IMG/VR virus record: IMGVR_UViG_3300030104_001707 | Coordinates: 1-53,384 of that record | DNA length: 53,384 nt | Direction: 5' to 3' (one strand) | Origin: a virus | Lineage: Duplodnaviria; Caudoviricetes | Shown: positions 16,943 through 27,308 of the stretch, one piece after another | Layout of the letters: each line of letters begins with the position of its first letter | Numbering within the stretch: position 1 is the first letter of the stretch | Made by a program: the position numbers and the translations under genes | Notes under the pieces: generated by a model | Databases searched by the model: none | The model's input: the letters and a program-made list of their open reading frames with translations, nothing else | What the model was told of the DNA's origin: nothing

Positions 16943-19680
16943 TGGCAGGATACACCAGACAATCAACAGCACAAATAGTTAGTGGTGAGGTTATTTCCGC
17001 AGCACCACTTAATGCAGAATTAAACCAAGTACTAGCAGCCTTTAACGAATCTACAGGTCACTCACATGACGGTACGGCAGCAGAAGGACCGCCTATAGAT
17101 CGTATAGGAGATGCTGATCAGAATAACAAGATACTTGTAGATACTTCTAATAATCATTTAGAATTTTATACAGAAGTTAGTTCTTCTTCTGTTCAACAAG
17201 TTCGTATCCAAGATGGATCTATTCTGCCTATAACAGATAATGATATAGATTTAGGTGGTGCATCAAATGAATTTAAAGATTTGTATTTAGATGGTACTGC
17301 ACATATAGATACACTTGACATTGACGAAAATGCTACTATCGCTGGTACATTAGCTGTTACTGGTGCGCTTACTGGATCTAGTACAGTCCAAGGAACTACA
17401 ATAACTGCCACAACTGCATTTGTTCCAGATGCTTCTGACGGTGCTGCGCTAGGTACAACCTCCTTAGAATTTAGTGATCTTTATCTTGCTGATGGTGCTG
17501 TAATTGGTTTAGGTGATGATCAGGATGTTACATTAACTCATGTAGCAGATACTGGTATCTTATTAAATAGTACAAATAAAATACAGTTTAATGATGCTTC
17601 TCAGTTTATTCAAGGTTCTAGTGCTACTGTACTATCTTTAGGTGCAACAGATGAAATAGATCTTACTGCAACTGCAATAGATATAAACGGTACTGTAGAT
17701 ATGAGCAGTACACTAGCAGTAACAGGTGCAGTTACAGCAGATGCTGGAGTATCTATAGACAATATTACAATAGATGGAACAGAAATAGATTTATCATCTG
17801 GAGATCTTACTGTAGATGTTGCAGGAGATATTATACTCGATGCAGGTGGTGATGAGGTTATATTTAAAGATGGAAGTACTAATGTTGGTCATGTTAGTAT
17901 GGACAGTGATAACCTGACAATTAAATCACTTGTAAGCGATAAAGATATAATCTTTCAAGGTAATGACGGTGGATCAGGCATTACTGCATTAACACTGGAT
18001 ATGTCAGGTGCAGGTGCAGCTACATTTAATTCTTCCGTTACTGCTACTGCACTTAGCGTAGGTGACGGTAATATAACTAATGTAGGCGATATTGCTCTTG
18101 ATTCTATATCTGCTGATAATACTGATATTAATGTAGCAGTAACAGATAACTCAGCAACTGCATTTACAATTAAACAAGGATCAGATGCTTATCTTATTGT
18201 TGATACCGCTGACAGCAGTGAGTCAGTATCTATCGGTACAGGCATATCTGGTACTGCTGTAACAATAGGACATGGTACTTCTGAGGTAACTATAGGTGAC
18301 AACTTAACTGTCTCAGGTAATCTTACAGTTAATGGAACACAGACAGTAGTAGATACTGTTACAATGAATGCAGCCAATGCAATCGTATTTGAAGGTGCTA
18401 CTGCTGATGCACATGAAACTACATTATCCATTGTTGATCCTACAGCCGATCATACACAATACTTAATTAACCAGGGTGGTTATATTCCTGTATTAGATAC
18501 TGTAACTACTACTGCAATTAGTGCTACTCCTGCTGAATTAAATATTATGGACGGTGTTACTGCTTCTACAGCAGAACTAAACATAATGGATGGAGTAACA
18601 GCTACAACTACTGAACTAAACTTAATGGATGGTGGCAGTACAGTAGGAACAACAGCAATCGCAGATGGTGATGGATTAATTATCAACGATGCTGGTACAA
18701 TGCGACAAGCTACTGTACAGACTTTAGCTGCCTATTTAGATGATGAAATAACTGCAATGCCAAACTTGGTTTCTACTGGTGCATTAAATAGTGGCAGTAT
18801 TAGTTCAGGGTTCGGTGCGATTGATAATGGATCATCTAATATTACTACAACAGGAACAATATCTTTTGGATCAATTACTGATGGCACTATAACAGCAACA
18901 GCATTTGTTGATGAAGATGATATGACTTCTAACAGTGCTACACTTATTCCTACTCAACAGTCTGTTAAAGCATATGTAGATTCTAATAAAAACGTATCAG
19001 GTTTGAATGCTACAGGTGCAGAATTAAATACTGTAGCAGATGCTTCAGCTATTAGTATAGATACCAGTACTGCTATAGCTAATAATGATGCTATATTAAT
19101 GTATGACAATAGTGCTACAGCTATGAAGTACTTTGATGTAGACCTACTGGATACTTACTATGCAAGCAGCACTCAGACATTATCAAATAAAACCTTGACA
19201 GCACCCAAAATAGTTGATGGGGGTTTTATTGCTGATGCTAATGGTAATGAAGCTGTAGTATTACAGACTGCTAGTTCTGCTGTAAATGCTGTAGAAATAA
19301 CTAACTCAGCAACAGGAGCATCTGTAGTTGTCGGAGCTATGGGTGATGACTCTAATATTGATATAGACATTACACCAAAAGGTACTGGTGAAGTTAATAT
19401 AGCAGCAGGTAACTTAAACTATGCAGGTACAGCAGTTACGTCTACAGGTGCAGAATTAAATATCCTAGATGGTGTTACATCTACTACTGCTGAATTAAAT
19501 AAGCTGGATGGATATAACGGAACTGTAACAGAATTAAATTATCTTAAAGATCTGTATGATACTGGTGTTACCAATACAGAATTTGATTACTTGGATGGTG
19601 TAACAAGTAATGTTCAAACGCAATTAAACGCAACAGCGTCAACAGGCAAGGCCATCGCTATGTCGATGGTTTTTGGTTAA
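16942..19680 (+). CDS. Tail fibre protein
   Basis: MAGYTRQS...GHSHDGT anchor, TxELNI(M/L)DGVT repeats, SATLIPTQQSVKAYVD, C-terminal GKAIAMSMVFG. Confidence 0.85.
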   Translation: MAGYTRQSTAQIVSGEVISAAPLNAELNQVLAAFNESTGHSHDGTAAEGPPIDRIGDADQNNKILVDTSNNHLEFYTEVSSSSVQQVRIQDGSILPITDNDIDLGGASNEFKDLYLDGTAHIDTLDIDENATIAGTLAVTGALTGSSTVQGTTITATTAFVPDASDGAALGTTSLEFSDLYLADGAVIGLGDDQDVTLTHVADTGILLNSTNKIQFNDASQFIQGSSATVLSLGATDEIDLTATAIDINGTVDMSSTLAVTGAVTADAGVSIDNITIDGTEIDLSSGDLTVDVAGDIILDAGGDEVIFKDGSTNVGHVSMDSDNLTIKSLVSDKDIIFQGNDGGSGITALTLDMSGAGAATFNSSVTATALSVGDGNITNVGDIALDSISADNTDINVAVTDNSATAFTIKQGSDAYLIVDTADSSESVSIGTGISGTAVTIGHGTSEVTIGDNLTVSGNLTVNGTQTVVDTVTMNAANAIVFEGATADAHETTLSIVDPTADHTQYLINQGGYIPVLDTVTTTAISATPAELNIMDGVTASTAELNIMDGVTATTTELNLMDGGSTVGTTAIADGDGLIINDAGTMRQATVQTLAAYLDDEITAMPNLVSTGALNSGSISSGFGAIDNGSSNITTTGTISFGSITDGTITATAFVDEDDMTSNSATLIPTQQSVKAYVDSNKNVSGLNATGAELNTVADASAISIDTSTAIANNDAILMYDNSATAMKYFDVDLLDTYYASSTQTLSNKTLTAPKIVDGGFIADANGNEAVVLQTASSAVNAVEITNSATGASVVVGAMGDDSNIDIDITPKGTGEVNIAAGNLNYAGTAVTSTGAELNILDGVTSTTAELNKLDGYNGTVTELNYLKDLYDTGVTNTEFDYLDGVTSNVQTQLNATASTGKAIAMSMVFG

Positions 19681-19697
19681 TAGAAAGGATATAGAAA

Positions 19698-20072
19698 ATG
19701 GCAGCACCTAATATTGTCAATGTCGCTACTATTACGGCAAAGACAGATACAGCTTTACTCACAGGAACTTCAGCAACAGCAGCGTTAAGCAACGCAGCAT
19801 CTTCTGGTAAGGTTCTAAAAGTAAATAGCTTAGTAATATCTAACGTAGATGCTTCAGCAGCAGCAACAATAACAATAGGTATATACCCACAAGATGATAT
19901 AGCAGGTACAGCAGTTGTGTATGCAAATGCAGTGTCTGTAGCACCTAACTCATTTTTAGTGGCAATAGATAAAAATGTTGGAATGTACTTAGAAGAAGAT
20001 ACATCTATTGGTGTTACTGCTAGTGTAGCTAACGATTTGACCTACACGATTACATACGAAGAACTATCGTAA
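19698..20072 (+). CDS. Tail fibre-associated small beta protein
   Basis: MAAPNIVNV...YLEE...TYEELS; follows the fibre gene. Confidence 0.7.
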   Translation: MAAPNIVNVATITAKTDTALLTGTSATAALSNAASSGKVLKVNSLVISNVDASAAATITIGIYPQDDIAGTAVVYANAVSVAPNSFLVAIDKNVGMYLEEDTSIGVTASVANDLTYTITYEELS

Positions 20073-20081
20073 GGAACTTAG

Positions 20082-21515
20082 ATGAAGTCTGTTGGTAACA
20101 TAGCTTCTGACTCAGAGGTGGTAAAAACTGCATCTGGTGCTATTGTAGCTGGTAAGCCAGTTGTAGTTAATAGTGCTGGTACTGTGAGTGAGGTAAGTGC
20201 TACTGCTCAATCACTTGGATCTGAAACAGAGTTTACTACTACTGCTGCAAACTATGTTCATGTAGTATATGACAGCAATAGTAACAGAAGTGTACTTATC
20301 TATAGAAATGGCACTAACTCAAAAGGTGAGGCTCGTGTAGGCACAGTATCAGGAACCAGTATATCTTATGGCACTGCTGTAGAGTTTGAACAGGGTAACA
20401 CAGAGTTTATAGGAGCTACATTTGATTCTAACTCTAACAAAGTAGTTATTGCGTATAGAGATGCTGGTAACAGTAACTATGGCACGGCTATCGTTGGAAC
20501 AGTAGATCCAAGTGATAACAGCATAAGTTTTGGAACTGCTGCTGTGTTTGAATCTGCTCATGCTTGGATTATTGACGCAACATTTGACAGCAGCAATAAT
20601 AAAGTTGTTATTGTATATACTGATGCAGATAATAGTAACTATGGAACGGCTATAGTTGGAACTGTATCGGGAACAGATATAACTTTTGGAACTGCTGTAG
20701 TATTTAAAAGTGCTGCTACGTATTATGCCGTTGCTACATTTGATACAACAAATAATAAAGTAGTTGTTTGTTATGATAGTAGTAATGGATATGGAATTGT
20801 TGGAACTGTTAGCGGTACGTCTATAAGTTTTGGATCAGAAACATCTTTTGATAGTGGAGGGCATACAGATTTAGATGTTGCATATGACAGCACTAGCGGA
20901 AAAGTTTTAGTAGTTGGTGCGAGTGGTAGCGATAGTAGCAGAGGAGAAGCAGTTGTAGGAACAGTATCAGGAACATCTATAAGTTTTGGTACTCTAGTTT
21001 CCTACGAAGCAGGAACATCAACATATAATCGAGTTGTATTTGATACTAACGTAAATAAAGCTGTTGTAACTTTTAGAGATCAAGGCGATTCTAACAAAGG
21101 TAAGTTTATTCTTGGTACAATATCAGGAACAGATGTTTCGTTTTCTGGTTTAACTGTGTTCAATGATGCTAACACAACCTACAATGGAACAGATTTTGAT
21201 AGTACAAGCAATAGAGTTGTTATAGGTTATAAAGATGATGGTGACGGTGATGATGGCACTGTAAGAGTGTTACAGAATGCAATACCAACAAACCTAACCA
21301 CAGAAAACTTTATAGGCTTTGCAAAAGATGCTGTTGCAGATGGTGCAGTAGCTACTTTGCATAGCGCAAATAGTATTAGCAGAAATCAATCGTCTTTAAC
21401 GGCTGGTCAAACATATTTTGTGCAAGAAAATGGTACTATAGGCACAACGGCTGACAGTACATCAGTAACGGCTGGAACTGCTATTTCAGCTACAGAATTA
21501 ATTGTGAAAGGATAG
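20082..21515 (+). CDS. Repeat protein 1 (propeller-like insert in a split frame domain)
   Basis: ~46-48 aa repeats FDSxxNKVVIxYxDxxNSNYGTAIVGTVSGTxISFG; shared N- and C-terminal frame. Confidence 0.85.
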   Translation: MKSVGNIASDSEVVKTASGAIVAGKPVVVNSAGTVSEVSATAQSLGSETEFTTTAANYVHVVYDSNSNRSVLIYRNGTNSKGEARVGTVSGTSISYGTAVEFEQGNTEFIGATFDSNSNKVVIAYRDAGNSNYGTAIVGTVDPSDNSISFGTAAVFESAHAWIIDATFDSSNNKVVIVYTDADNSNYGTAIVGTVSGTDITFGTAVVFKSAATYYAVATFDTTNNKVVVCYDSSNGYGIVGTVSGTSISFGSETSFDSGGHTDLDVAYDSTSGKVLVVGASGSDSSRGEAVVGTVSGTSISFGTLVSYEAGTSTYNRVVFDTNVNKAVVTFRDQGDSNKGKFILGTISGTDVSFSGLTVFNDANTTYNGTDFDSTSNRVVIGYKDDGDGDDGTVRVLQNAIPTNLTTENFIGFAKDAVADGAVATLHSANSISRNQSSLTAGQTYFVQENGTIGTTADSTSVTAGTAISATELIVKG

Positions 21516-21522
21516 AAAAACA

Positions 21523-21786
21523 ATGTCAAAAACAATAGTAGAAAACTCAACTAAAATATCAAAGTATTTATTTGCTGACGATAAAGCAGTCAGCATGGCT
21601 TCTGATAAAATTACTGTAGGCAGTGATCCTGTAGATTTTCATATAGGTGATCTTAACAGTGGCAATGCAACGCTACATAGCGATGTATCCAATGCCCCTT
21701 CAGATTGGTATGGTAACAAATATAAGTTCGATGGAAGCAGTTGGTCTGCAAACTCTGACTTTGTTGATCCAAGAGATGAGGACTAA
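21523..21786 (+). CDS. Small tail-assembly-like protein (87 aa)
   Basis: APSDWYGNKYKFDGSSWSAN C-terminal motif seen in tail-fibre-adjacent proteins. Confidence 0.65.
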   Translation: MSKTIVENSTKISKYLFADDKAVSMASDKITVGSDPVDFHIGDLNSGNATLHSDVSNAPSDWYGNKYKFDGSSWSANSDFVDPRDED

Positions 21787-21794
21787 TCTAACTT

Positions 21795-24410
21795 ATGCGT
21801 ATTGTCGGTAACGATCCAGAATTATCAAGACAATTAATGGCTACTGCCAGTGGTGCAATATCCGCTGCTGGTAAGCCGTTGGTTGTCAATACTGATGGTA
21901 CGGTTAGCGTTATTTCAAACTCACCAGACGTACTAAGTGATCAAAGTTCAGCAATATATTCTGGTGATTTCCAAATGGCAGCAGCAGTATACGATGAAGG
22001 TCAAGATAAAGTTTTATTTGTATATAGTGGTGCAAGTAATTATGGATATGCTGTTGTTGGCACTGTATCAGGAAATAGTATTAGCTTTGGTACTCCTACA
22101 GCTTTTATAAGTTCTGCTGCAGGTTATGTAGCTGCTACATATGACCCTGATAATGCCAAAACTGCTATATTTTGGAGTGACACTGGTGATTCAAACAAAC
22201 AAAAAGCTGTAGTAGCTACTATATCAGGAACTTCAGTTTCATTTGGAACCGTTGCTATATTTTCAGACGTTGCTAGTGGTGTTCCTACCAAAGACTCAAC
22301 ATATGACACTTCTGAAAACAAATTTATTGTTGTTTTTTCAAAAGGAACCTTTCCTTCTGCTAGAACAATGGAAGCGTTGGCAGCAACTATATCAGGAACA
22401 GATATTTCATTTGGTTCTGAAACAGAAATTGGTTCTTCAACAACAGCAGAAATAGGTGTTGCATATGATGCAAACGCAGATAAAAGTTTAGTAATATACA
22501 GAGATCCAAGCACTAACTATGTAAAGAGCAGAGTTTTGTCTTTGTCTGGAACTACAGTTAGTGCTGGTACAGAAACAACTCTTTATGGTGCTGCTGGTGA
22601 CAAACTTGGAATAACGTATGATTCAACGGCTCAAAAACTAGTTGCATTTTATAGACACGATTCAGGAACTACTCATACTAAGTTTATAGTAGCTACTATA
22701 AGCGGTACATCAGTAAGCTATGGGACTCCAGTAGACACTGGCATAGATTTTAATGGTACACCTCGTAATAACAGTATCCATCATAATGTTGCTGCTAATA
22801 AAATAGTTTTTATTGGAAGAGATGGTGGAAACTCCTTTATCATAAAATACGTTATAGCAACAGTTTCTGGAACTAGTATTACTATAGACAATACTGTAAC
22901 TATTTATGATGACTCAAACGACTCATATTTATCTTGTAATGTTTATGATCCTGACCAAGAAAAATCCATTTTATTTTATGCTGATGGAACAGCAGGTGCA
23001 TTTAAAAACCCTGTTGTAAGAGTTTTAACTGTAGGTGCAGGAGAAAACCTCACCACAGAAAACTACATAGGTACATCAGCGTACCCAGCAGCAGACGGTG
23101 CTAAAGTTCTTGTAAATACTCAAGGTGCAGTAGACGATAACCAGAGTGGACTGACAGCAGGGCAGACCTACTATGTGGATGTGAATGGTGATTTAGTGTT
23201 GACCACTAATGCCACTGCCTCTGTAGGAACAGAATCTGTGTTTGAAACAGGTTCTTCTTCAGTTACTAAAGTAGCATTTGATAGTAACTCAAATAGAATA
23301 CTCGCTGTATATTCTGATGAGGGCGATAGTGATAAAGGTAAAGCTGTAGTTGGAACAGTTGCTAGTGATGGCACTATAAGTTATGGCACTCCTGTTGTTT
23401 TTAATGATGCAGCCACTAAAGAATACTTTGGTATTAATGTAGTGTTTGATAGTAATGTAAATAAGTTTGCTATCTTTTATGCAGATGGTGGTGGTTCTGG
23501 GGGAGCAGGTAGAGCAAGGGTTGCAACAGTAGATCCAAGCGACAATAGTGTTACATTTGGCACAGAAGCAACATTTGAGTCGGGTGATGTAGCTTATATA
23601 AGTGCAACATTCGATAGCTCTGCTAATAAAATAATTATAGCATACATGGATGATAGTAATAGTGATAATGGAACAGCAATTGTAGGAACTATATCAGGTA
23701 CTGATATTACATTTGGCAGTGCGTCTGTATTTGAAGGTGCTAGTACTTTTCATGTAAGCGCAACATACGATAGCACAAATAATAAAACGTTAATATCATT
23801 TAGAGATGTTGGTGATTCTAGTAAAGGTAAAAGTCGTGTAGCGACTGTATCGGGAACTAGCTTATCATTTGGAACAGTACAAACATTTAGCAGCGTTGGA
23901 ATTACTAATTATATTAACAGTGTATTTGATCCTGATAGTGGAAAAGTAATAATAACGTATGAGGAAAATGCTGTTACAGATAGCAAGGGCAGAGCCAAGG
24001 TAGCAACAATATCAGGAACAGATGTAAGTTTTGGAAGTGTTGCAACTACTAACGATGCTTCTACTTATACCTCTGCACCAACATACGACACACTTAACAA
24101 TAAAGTTATTGTTATTTTTAGAGATAACAGTAATGATAACTACACCACTGCTGTTGAAGGTACAGTATCTGGAACTAGCATAAGTTTTGGAAGTGAAACA
24201 GTGATATATTCTGGTTATGGTGCTTATGCTGATGCTACATTTGACAGTAATGTTAATAAAGGAGTGGTTGTTTATAGTGGTCAGGCAGACAGTGGTAGAG
24301 GTGCTTCAGCTACTTTTACAGCAGCACAAGATTTGTCAGGTTCATTATCACACAATGTCGTAACAGCAGGAACTGCACTGTCTGCTACTAAGTTATTGGT
24401 GAAAGGGTAA
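21795..24410 (+). CDS. Repeat protein 2 (two propeller-like inserts)
   Basis: Same frame segments as 20082 and 24413 with two blocks of repeats. Confidence 0.85.
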   Translation: MRIVGNDPELSRQLMATASGAISAAGKPLVVNTDGTVSVISNSPDVLSDQSSAIYSGDFQMAAAVYDEGQDKVLFVYSGASNYGYAVVGTVSGNSISFGTPTAFISSAAGYVAATYDPDNAKTAIFWSDTGDSNKQKAVVATISGTSVSFGTVAIFSDVASGVPTKDSTYDTSENKFIVVFSKGTFPSARTMEALAATISGTDISFGSETEIGSSTTAEIGVAYDANADKSLVIYRDPSTNYVKSRVLSLSGTTVSAGTETTLYGAAGDKLGITYDSTAQKLVAFYRHDSGTTHTKFIVATISGTSVSYGTPVDTGIDFNGTPRNNSIHHNVAANKIVFIGRDGGNSFIIKYVIATVSGTSITIDNTVTIYDDSNDSYLSCNVYDPDQEKSILFYADGTAGAFKNPVVRVLTVGAGENLTTENYIGTSAYPAADGAKVLVNTQGAVDDNQSGLTAGQTYYVDVNGDLVLTTNATASVGTESVFETGSSSVTKVAFDSNSNRILAVYSDEGDSDKGKAVVGTVASDGTISYGTPVVFNDAATKEYFGINVVFDSNVNKFAIFYADGGGSGGAGRARVATVDPSDNSVTFGTEATFESGDVAYISATFDSSANKIIIAYMDDSNSDNGTAIVGTISGTDITFGSASVFEGASTFHVSATYDSTNNKTLISFRDVGDSSKGKSRVATVSGTSLSFGTVQTFSSVGITNYINSVFDPDSGKVIITYEENAVTDSKGRAKVATISGTDVSFGSVATTNDASTYTSAPTYDTLNNKVIVIFRDNSNDNYTTAVEGTVSGTSISFGSETVIYSGYGAYADATFDSNVNKGVVVYSGQADSGRGASATFTAAQDLSGSLSHNVVTAGTALSATKLLVKG

Positions 24411-24412
24411 AG

Positions 24413-25897
24413 ATGCGTACAGTACCACCAACAGAAAAAGGTAAATACAAAGCGTTTGCATCTGGTGCTATAACTAATGGTAAGCCTGTAATTGTTAATG
24501 CTGATGGTACTGTTAGCATTACAACTTCTTCTTCTTCTGTTACACAAAGTTTAGGTTCAGAGACAACCTTTACTGCTAATTCTGCTGAACACGTTTCTAC
24601 TGTTTTTGATTCTAATGCAGGAAAAACAGTCATAGCGTGGAACGATAATGCTAGTCAAGGTACAGCAAGAGTTGGAACAGTATCTGGCACTAGTATTAGT
24701 TATGGTACAGCAGTTGTATTTGAAAACGCAAATTCAAAAGATATTACTATGGCATTTGATAGCAATTCAAATAAGGTAGTTATTTCTTATAGAGATTACG
24801 GTAACTCTCAATATGGTACAGCGATTGTTGGTACAGTTAGCGGTACTGATATTAGTTTTGGATCTCCTGTTGTGTATGAAAGTGCTAGTGCTGCAGATTC
24901 TTCTATAGCGTTTGATAGTAGCAATAATAAAGTTGTTATAGTTTATTATGATGAAGGTAACAGTAATTATGGAAAAGCTATTGTAGGAACGGTAAGTGGA
25001 ACGTCAATTAGTTTTGGTTCTGCTGCTACATACGAATCAGGCGGTAAAGCGCAGTATAATGATGTTGTGTTTGATAGCAGTAATAATAGAATGGTGATTG
25101 TGTATAGAGATGTTTCTAACTCTAATCAAGGCACTGTTATAATAGGTACAGTATCTGGCACTAGTATTAGTTACGGTACTGCTGTTGTGTTTGATAGTGG
25201 AAATACACAAGAGATAGAAGTAGCTTTTGATAGCAATTCAAATAGAGTAGTTATTGTTTATCGAGATGGCAATAATTCAAATTATGGGACAGCCATTGTT
25301 GGCGCAGTAGACACTAGTGATAACAGTATTAGTTTTGGAACTCCTGTTGTGTATCATGCTGGAACAATAGGTGCAAATTTAGGTAATGCTATTGCATTTG
25401 ATAACAACGTTAATAAAGTAGTTGTAGCATTTGTAGATGGTAGTGATTCTAATCATGGAAAATTTGTAGTAGGAACTGTAGACTCCTCTGACAATAGTAT
25501 TAGTTTTACGAGTGCTACTGATTTTAATAGTGCTAGTACAACTTTGTATGCAAAAGCTATGAGTGTTGATACAACTAATAATAGGGTTGTACTTGGATAT
25601 AGAGATGATGGTAACTCTACTTATGGAACCGCTATTGTTCTTCAAGTAGCTGGTACTGCTACTGCATATAACCTCACCACAGAAAACTACATAGGTATAG
25701 CATCAGGTGGTACTTATGCAGATGGACAGAGCGTAACTGTAGATACAATAGGCACAGTAAATGCTGATCAGTCTAGCTTAACAGCAGGGCAACAGTATTT
25801 TGTGCAAGGAGATGGTACACTTGGATTAACAGCAGACAGCACAAGTGTCGTAGCAGGTACTGCCATATCTGCAACAGAATTAATAGTAAAGGAATGA
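24413..25897 (+). CDS. Repeat protein 3 (paralog of 20082)
   Basis: ASGAITNGKPVIVNADGTVS...NLTTENYIG...AGTAISATELIVKE. Confidence 0.85.
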   Translation: MRTVPPTEKGKYKAFASGAITNGKPVIVNADGTVSITTSSSSVTQSLGSETTFTANSAEHVSTVFDSNAGKTVIAWNDNASQGTARVGTVSGTSISYGTAVVFENANSKDITMAFDSNSNKVVISYRDYGNSQYGTAIVGTVSGTDISFGSPVVYESASAADSSIAFDSSNNKVVIVYYDEGNSNYGKAIVGTVSGTSISFGSAATYESGGKAQYNDVVFDSSNNRMVIVYRDVSNSNQGTVIIGTVSGTSISYGTAVVFDSGNTQEIEVAFDSNSNRVVIVYRDGNNSNYGTAIVGAVDTSDNSISFGTPVVYHAGTIGANLGNAIAFDNNVNKVVVAFVDGSDSNHGKFVVGTVDSSDNSISFTSATDFNSASTTLYAKAMSVDTTNNRVVLGYRDDGNSTYGTAIVLQVAGTATAYNLTTENYIGIASGGTYADGQSVTVDTIGTVNADQSSLTAGQQYFVQGDGTLGLTADSTSVVAGTAISATELIVKE

Positions 25898-25900
25898 TTT

Positions 25901-26140
25901 ATGGAAGCAATATCACCAGTAATTTTCTGGAACGTAGTACTAACGCTGGTGATTGCACCTGCAATATGGATGTTCAGAAATCTTATGGCAGAGGTTAAGC
26001 GCATAGATATATTGTTAAATAGAACAAGAGAAGACTACTCTACTAAACATGAATTGCGTGAAGATATGAAAATGGTATCAGACGCATTATATAGATTAGA
26101 GGATAAATTAGATAAAGTATTAGAAAGAGGAGGAAAGTAA
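25901..26140 (+). CDS. Small TM plus coiled-coil protein
   Basis: N-terminal TM (FWNVVLTLVIAPAIWMF), ILLNRTREDY, RLEDKLDKVL. Confidence 0.75.
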   Translation: MEAISPVIFWNVVLTLVIAPAIWMFRNLMAEVKRIDILLNRTREDYSTKHELREDMKMVSDALYRLEDKLDKVLERGGK

Positions 26141-26141
26141 G

Positions 26142-27296
26142 ATGGCTGAAGAACCAAAACAATTAAATGATAACGAAGCATTAAGTTATTTACAAAATCC
26201 AAATAACTCTGATTTAATAACTCATTTTGAGGGTTTATCGCCAGAGCAAAAAGCATCCTCTGGTGGAAATCTTATAGATTTTGCAAAAATTCATTATGAT
26301 CTTGCAGGTAGAGCCGAAAATAGACAAATTGAAGCACCAGTAGAAACTCAAACATTTAGTTTATCTGCTGAAGATAGAAGTAGTCTTATTGATGATATAA
26401 AAAGTAATATACCTGCATCTTCAGTAGATCGGAGTGTTAGTATTAGCCAAACAGGGCCAGAAATAGATTATGGTCGTATTCAAGGTTTTGTAGGTGTTCC
26501 TGAAATTAGAGATGAAGAAGGTAATATCACTCAACAGGCAACAGGTATATACGCCCAACAGCCACAATTACCTCCAGGATTAATGGCATCACAAGAAGCT
26601 ACTCAACAGGCAATAGGTCAGGCAGCAGTTGATCCAGACACAGGAGAAGTAATACAACCTGCAACACTATTTGAAGGTCAGTCTGCATTAGGTGCTGGTC
26701 AGGCACAGTTAGAAACACAGTTAGGAGCAGGTCAGGCAGGACTTATGGCAGGACAACAGGTACTAGGTGCAGGACAAGAAACAATGGGTCAGGCAATAGG
26801 TGTTCCAGATGAACAACAACCTCAAACATTGTTTGGTGGTCAGAGGACATTAGGTCAGGGTCAGGCAGGTATTCAAACAGGAGTTACTGGATTAGGTAAA
26901 GATTTAAGTAGTTTAACAGGAAATATCAGTGATTTTGAAAAAATGCAAAGAGCATATCAAACTAGGGCTGAAGGACAAAGAGCGCAAGGTAGAGAAATTG
27001 GTATGACTACTAGAGATCAGTTAGAAGATCAGTTAAGAACTGTAGGATCTCAAACTAATAGAATTGCTGAACAACAGGCACAACAAAGACGATTAGGTAT
27101 GATGGGTCCACCACCACAAGCACAACAGCCCCCAGTTATGCCACAAGCACAACAGGCCACTCAGGCAGCACAAATAGCAGGACAAAACCTTAGAAGTTTT
27201 GCTCCTCAAGGTGGTGGTATGATGGGTCCAACTGGTCCTGTTGCGGTAGATCCTAGAGATCAAGTCGGTTTTGGACCTACTAGAAGTCCAGTTTAA
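26142..27296 (+). CDS. Gln/Gly-rich putative internal virion protein
   Basis: LGAGQ repeats; GGAGG RBS; position after the tail genes. Confidence 0.75.
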   Translation: MAEEPKQLNDNEALSYLQNPNNSDLITHFEGLSPEQKASSGGNLIDFAKIHYDLAGRAENRQIEAPVETQTFSLSAEDRSSLIDDIKSNIPASSVDRSVSISQTGPEIDYGRIQGFVGVPEIRDEEGNITQQATGIYAQQPQLPPGLMASQEATQQAIGQAAVDPDTGEVIQPATLFEGQSALGAGQAQLETQLGAGQAGLMAGQQVLGAGQETMGQAIGVPDEQQPQTLFGGQRTLGQGQAGIQTGVTGLGKDLSSLTGNISDFEKMQRAYQTRAEGQRAQGREIGMTTRDQLEDQLRTVGSQTNRIAEQQAQQRRLGMMGPPPQAQQPPVMPQAQQATQAAQIAGQNLRSFAPQGGGMMGPTGPVAVDPRDQVGFGPTRSPV

Positions 27297-27308
27297 TAGG
27301 AGAACAAG

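Noticed and set aside
20082-25897. Diversity-generating retroelement or invertible shufflon acting on the repeat genes
   Set aside because: No reverse transcriptase, no adenine-specific TR/VR pair, no invertase, and all copies are in direct orientation
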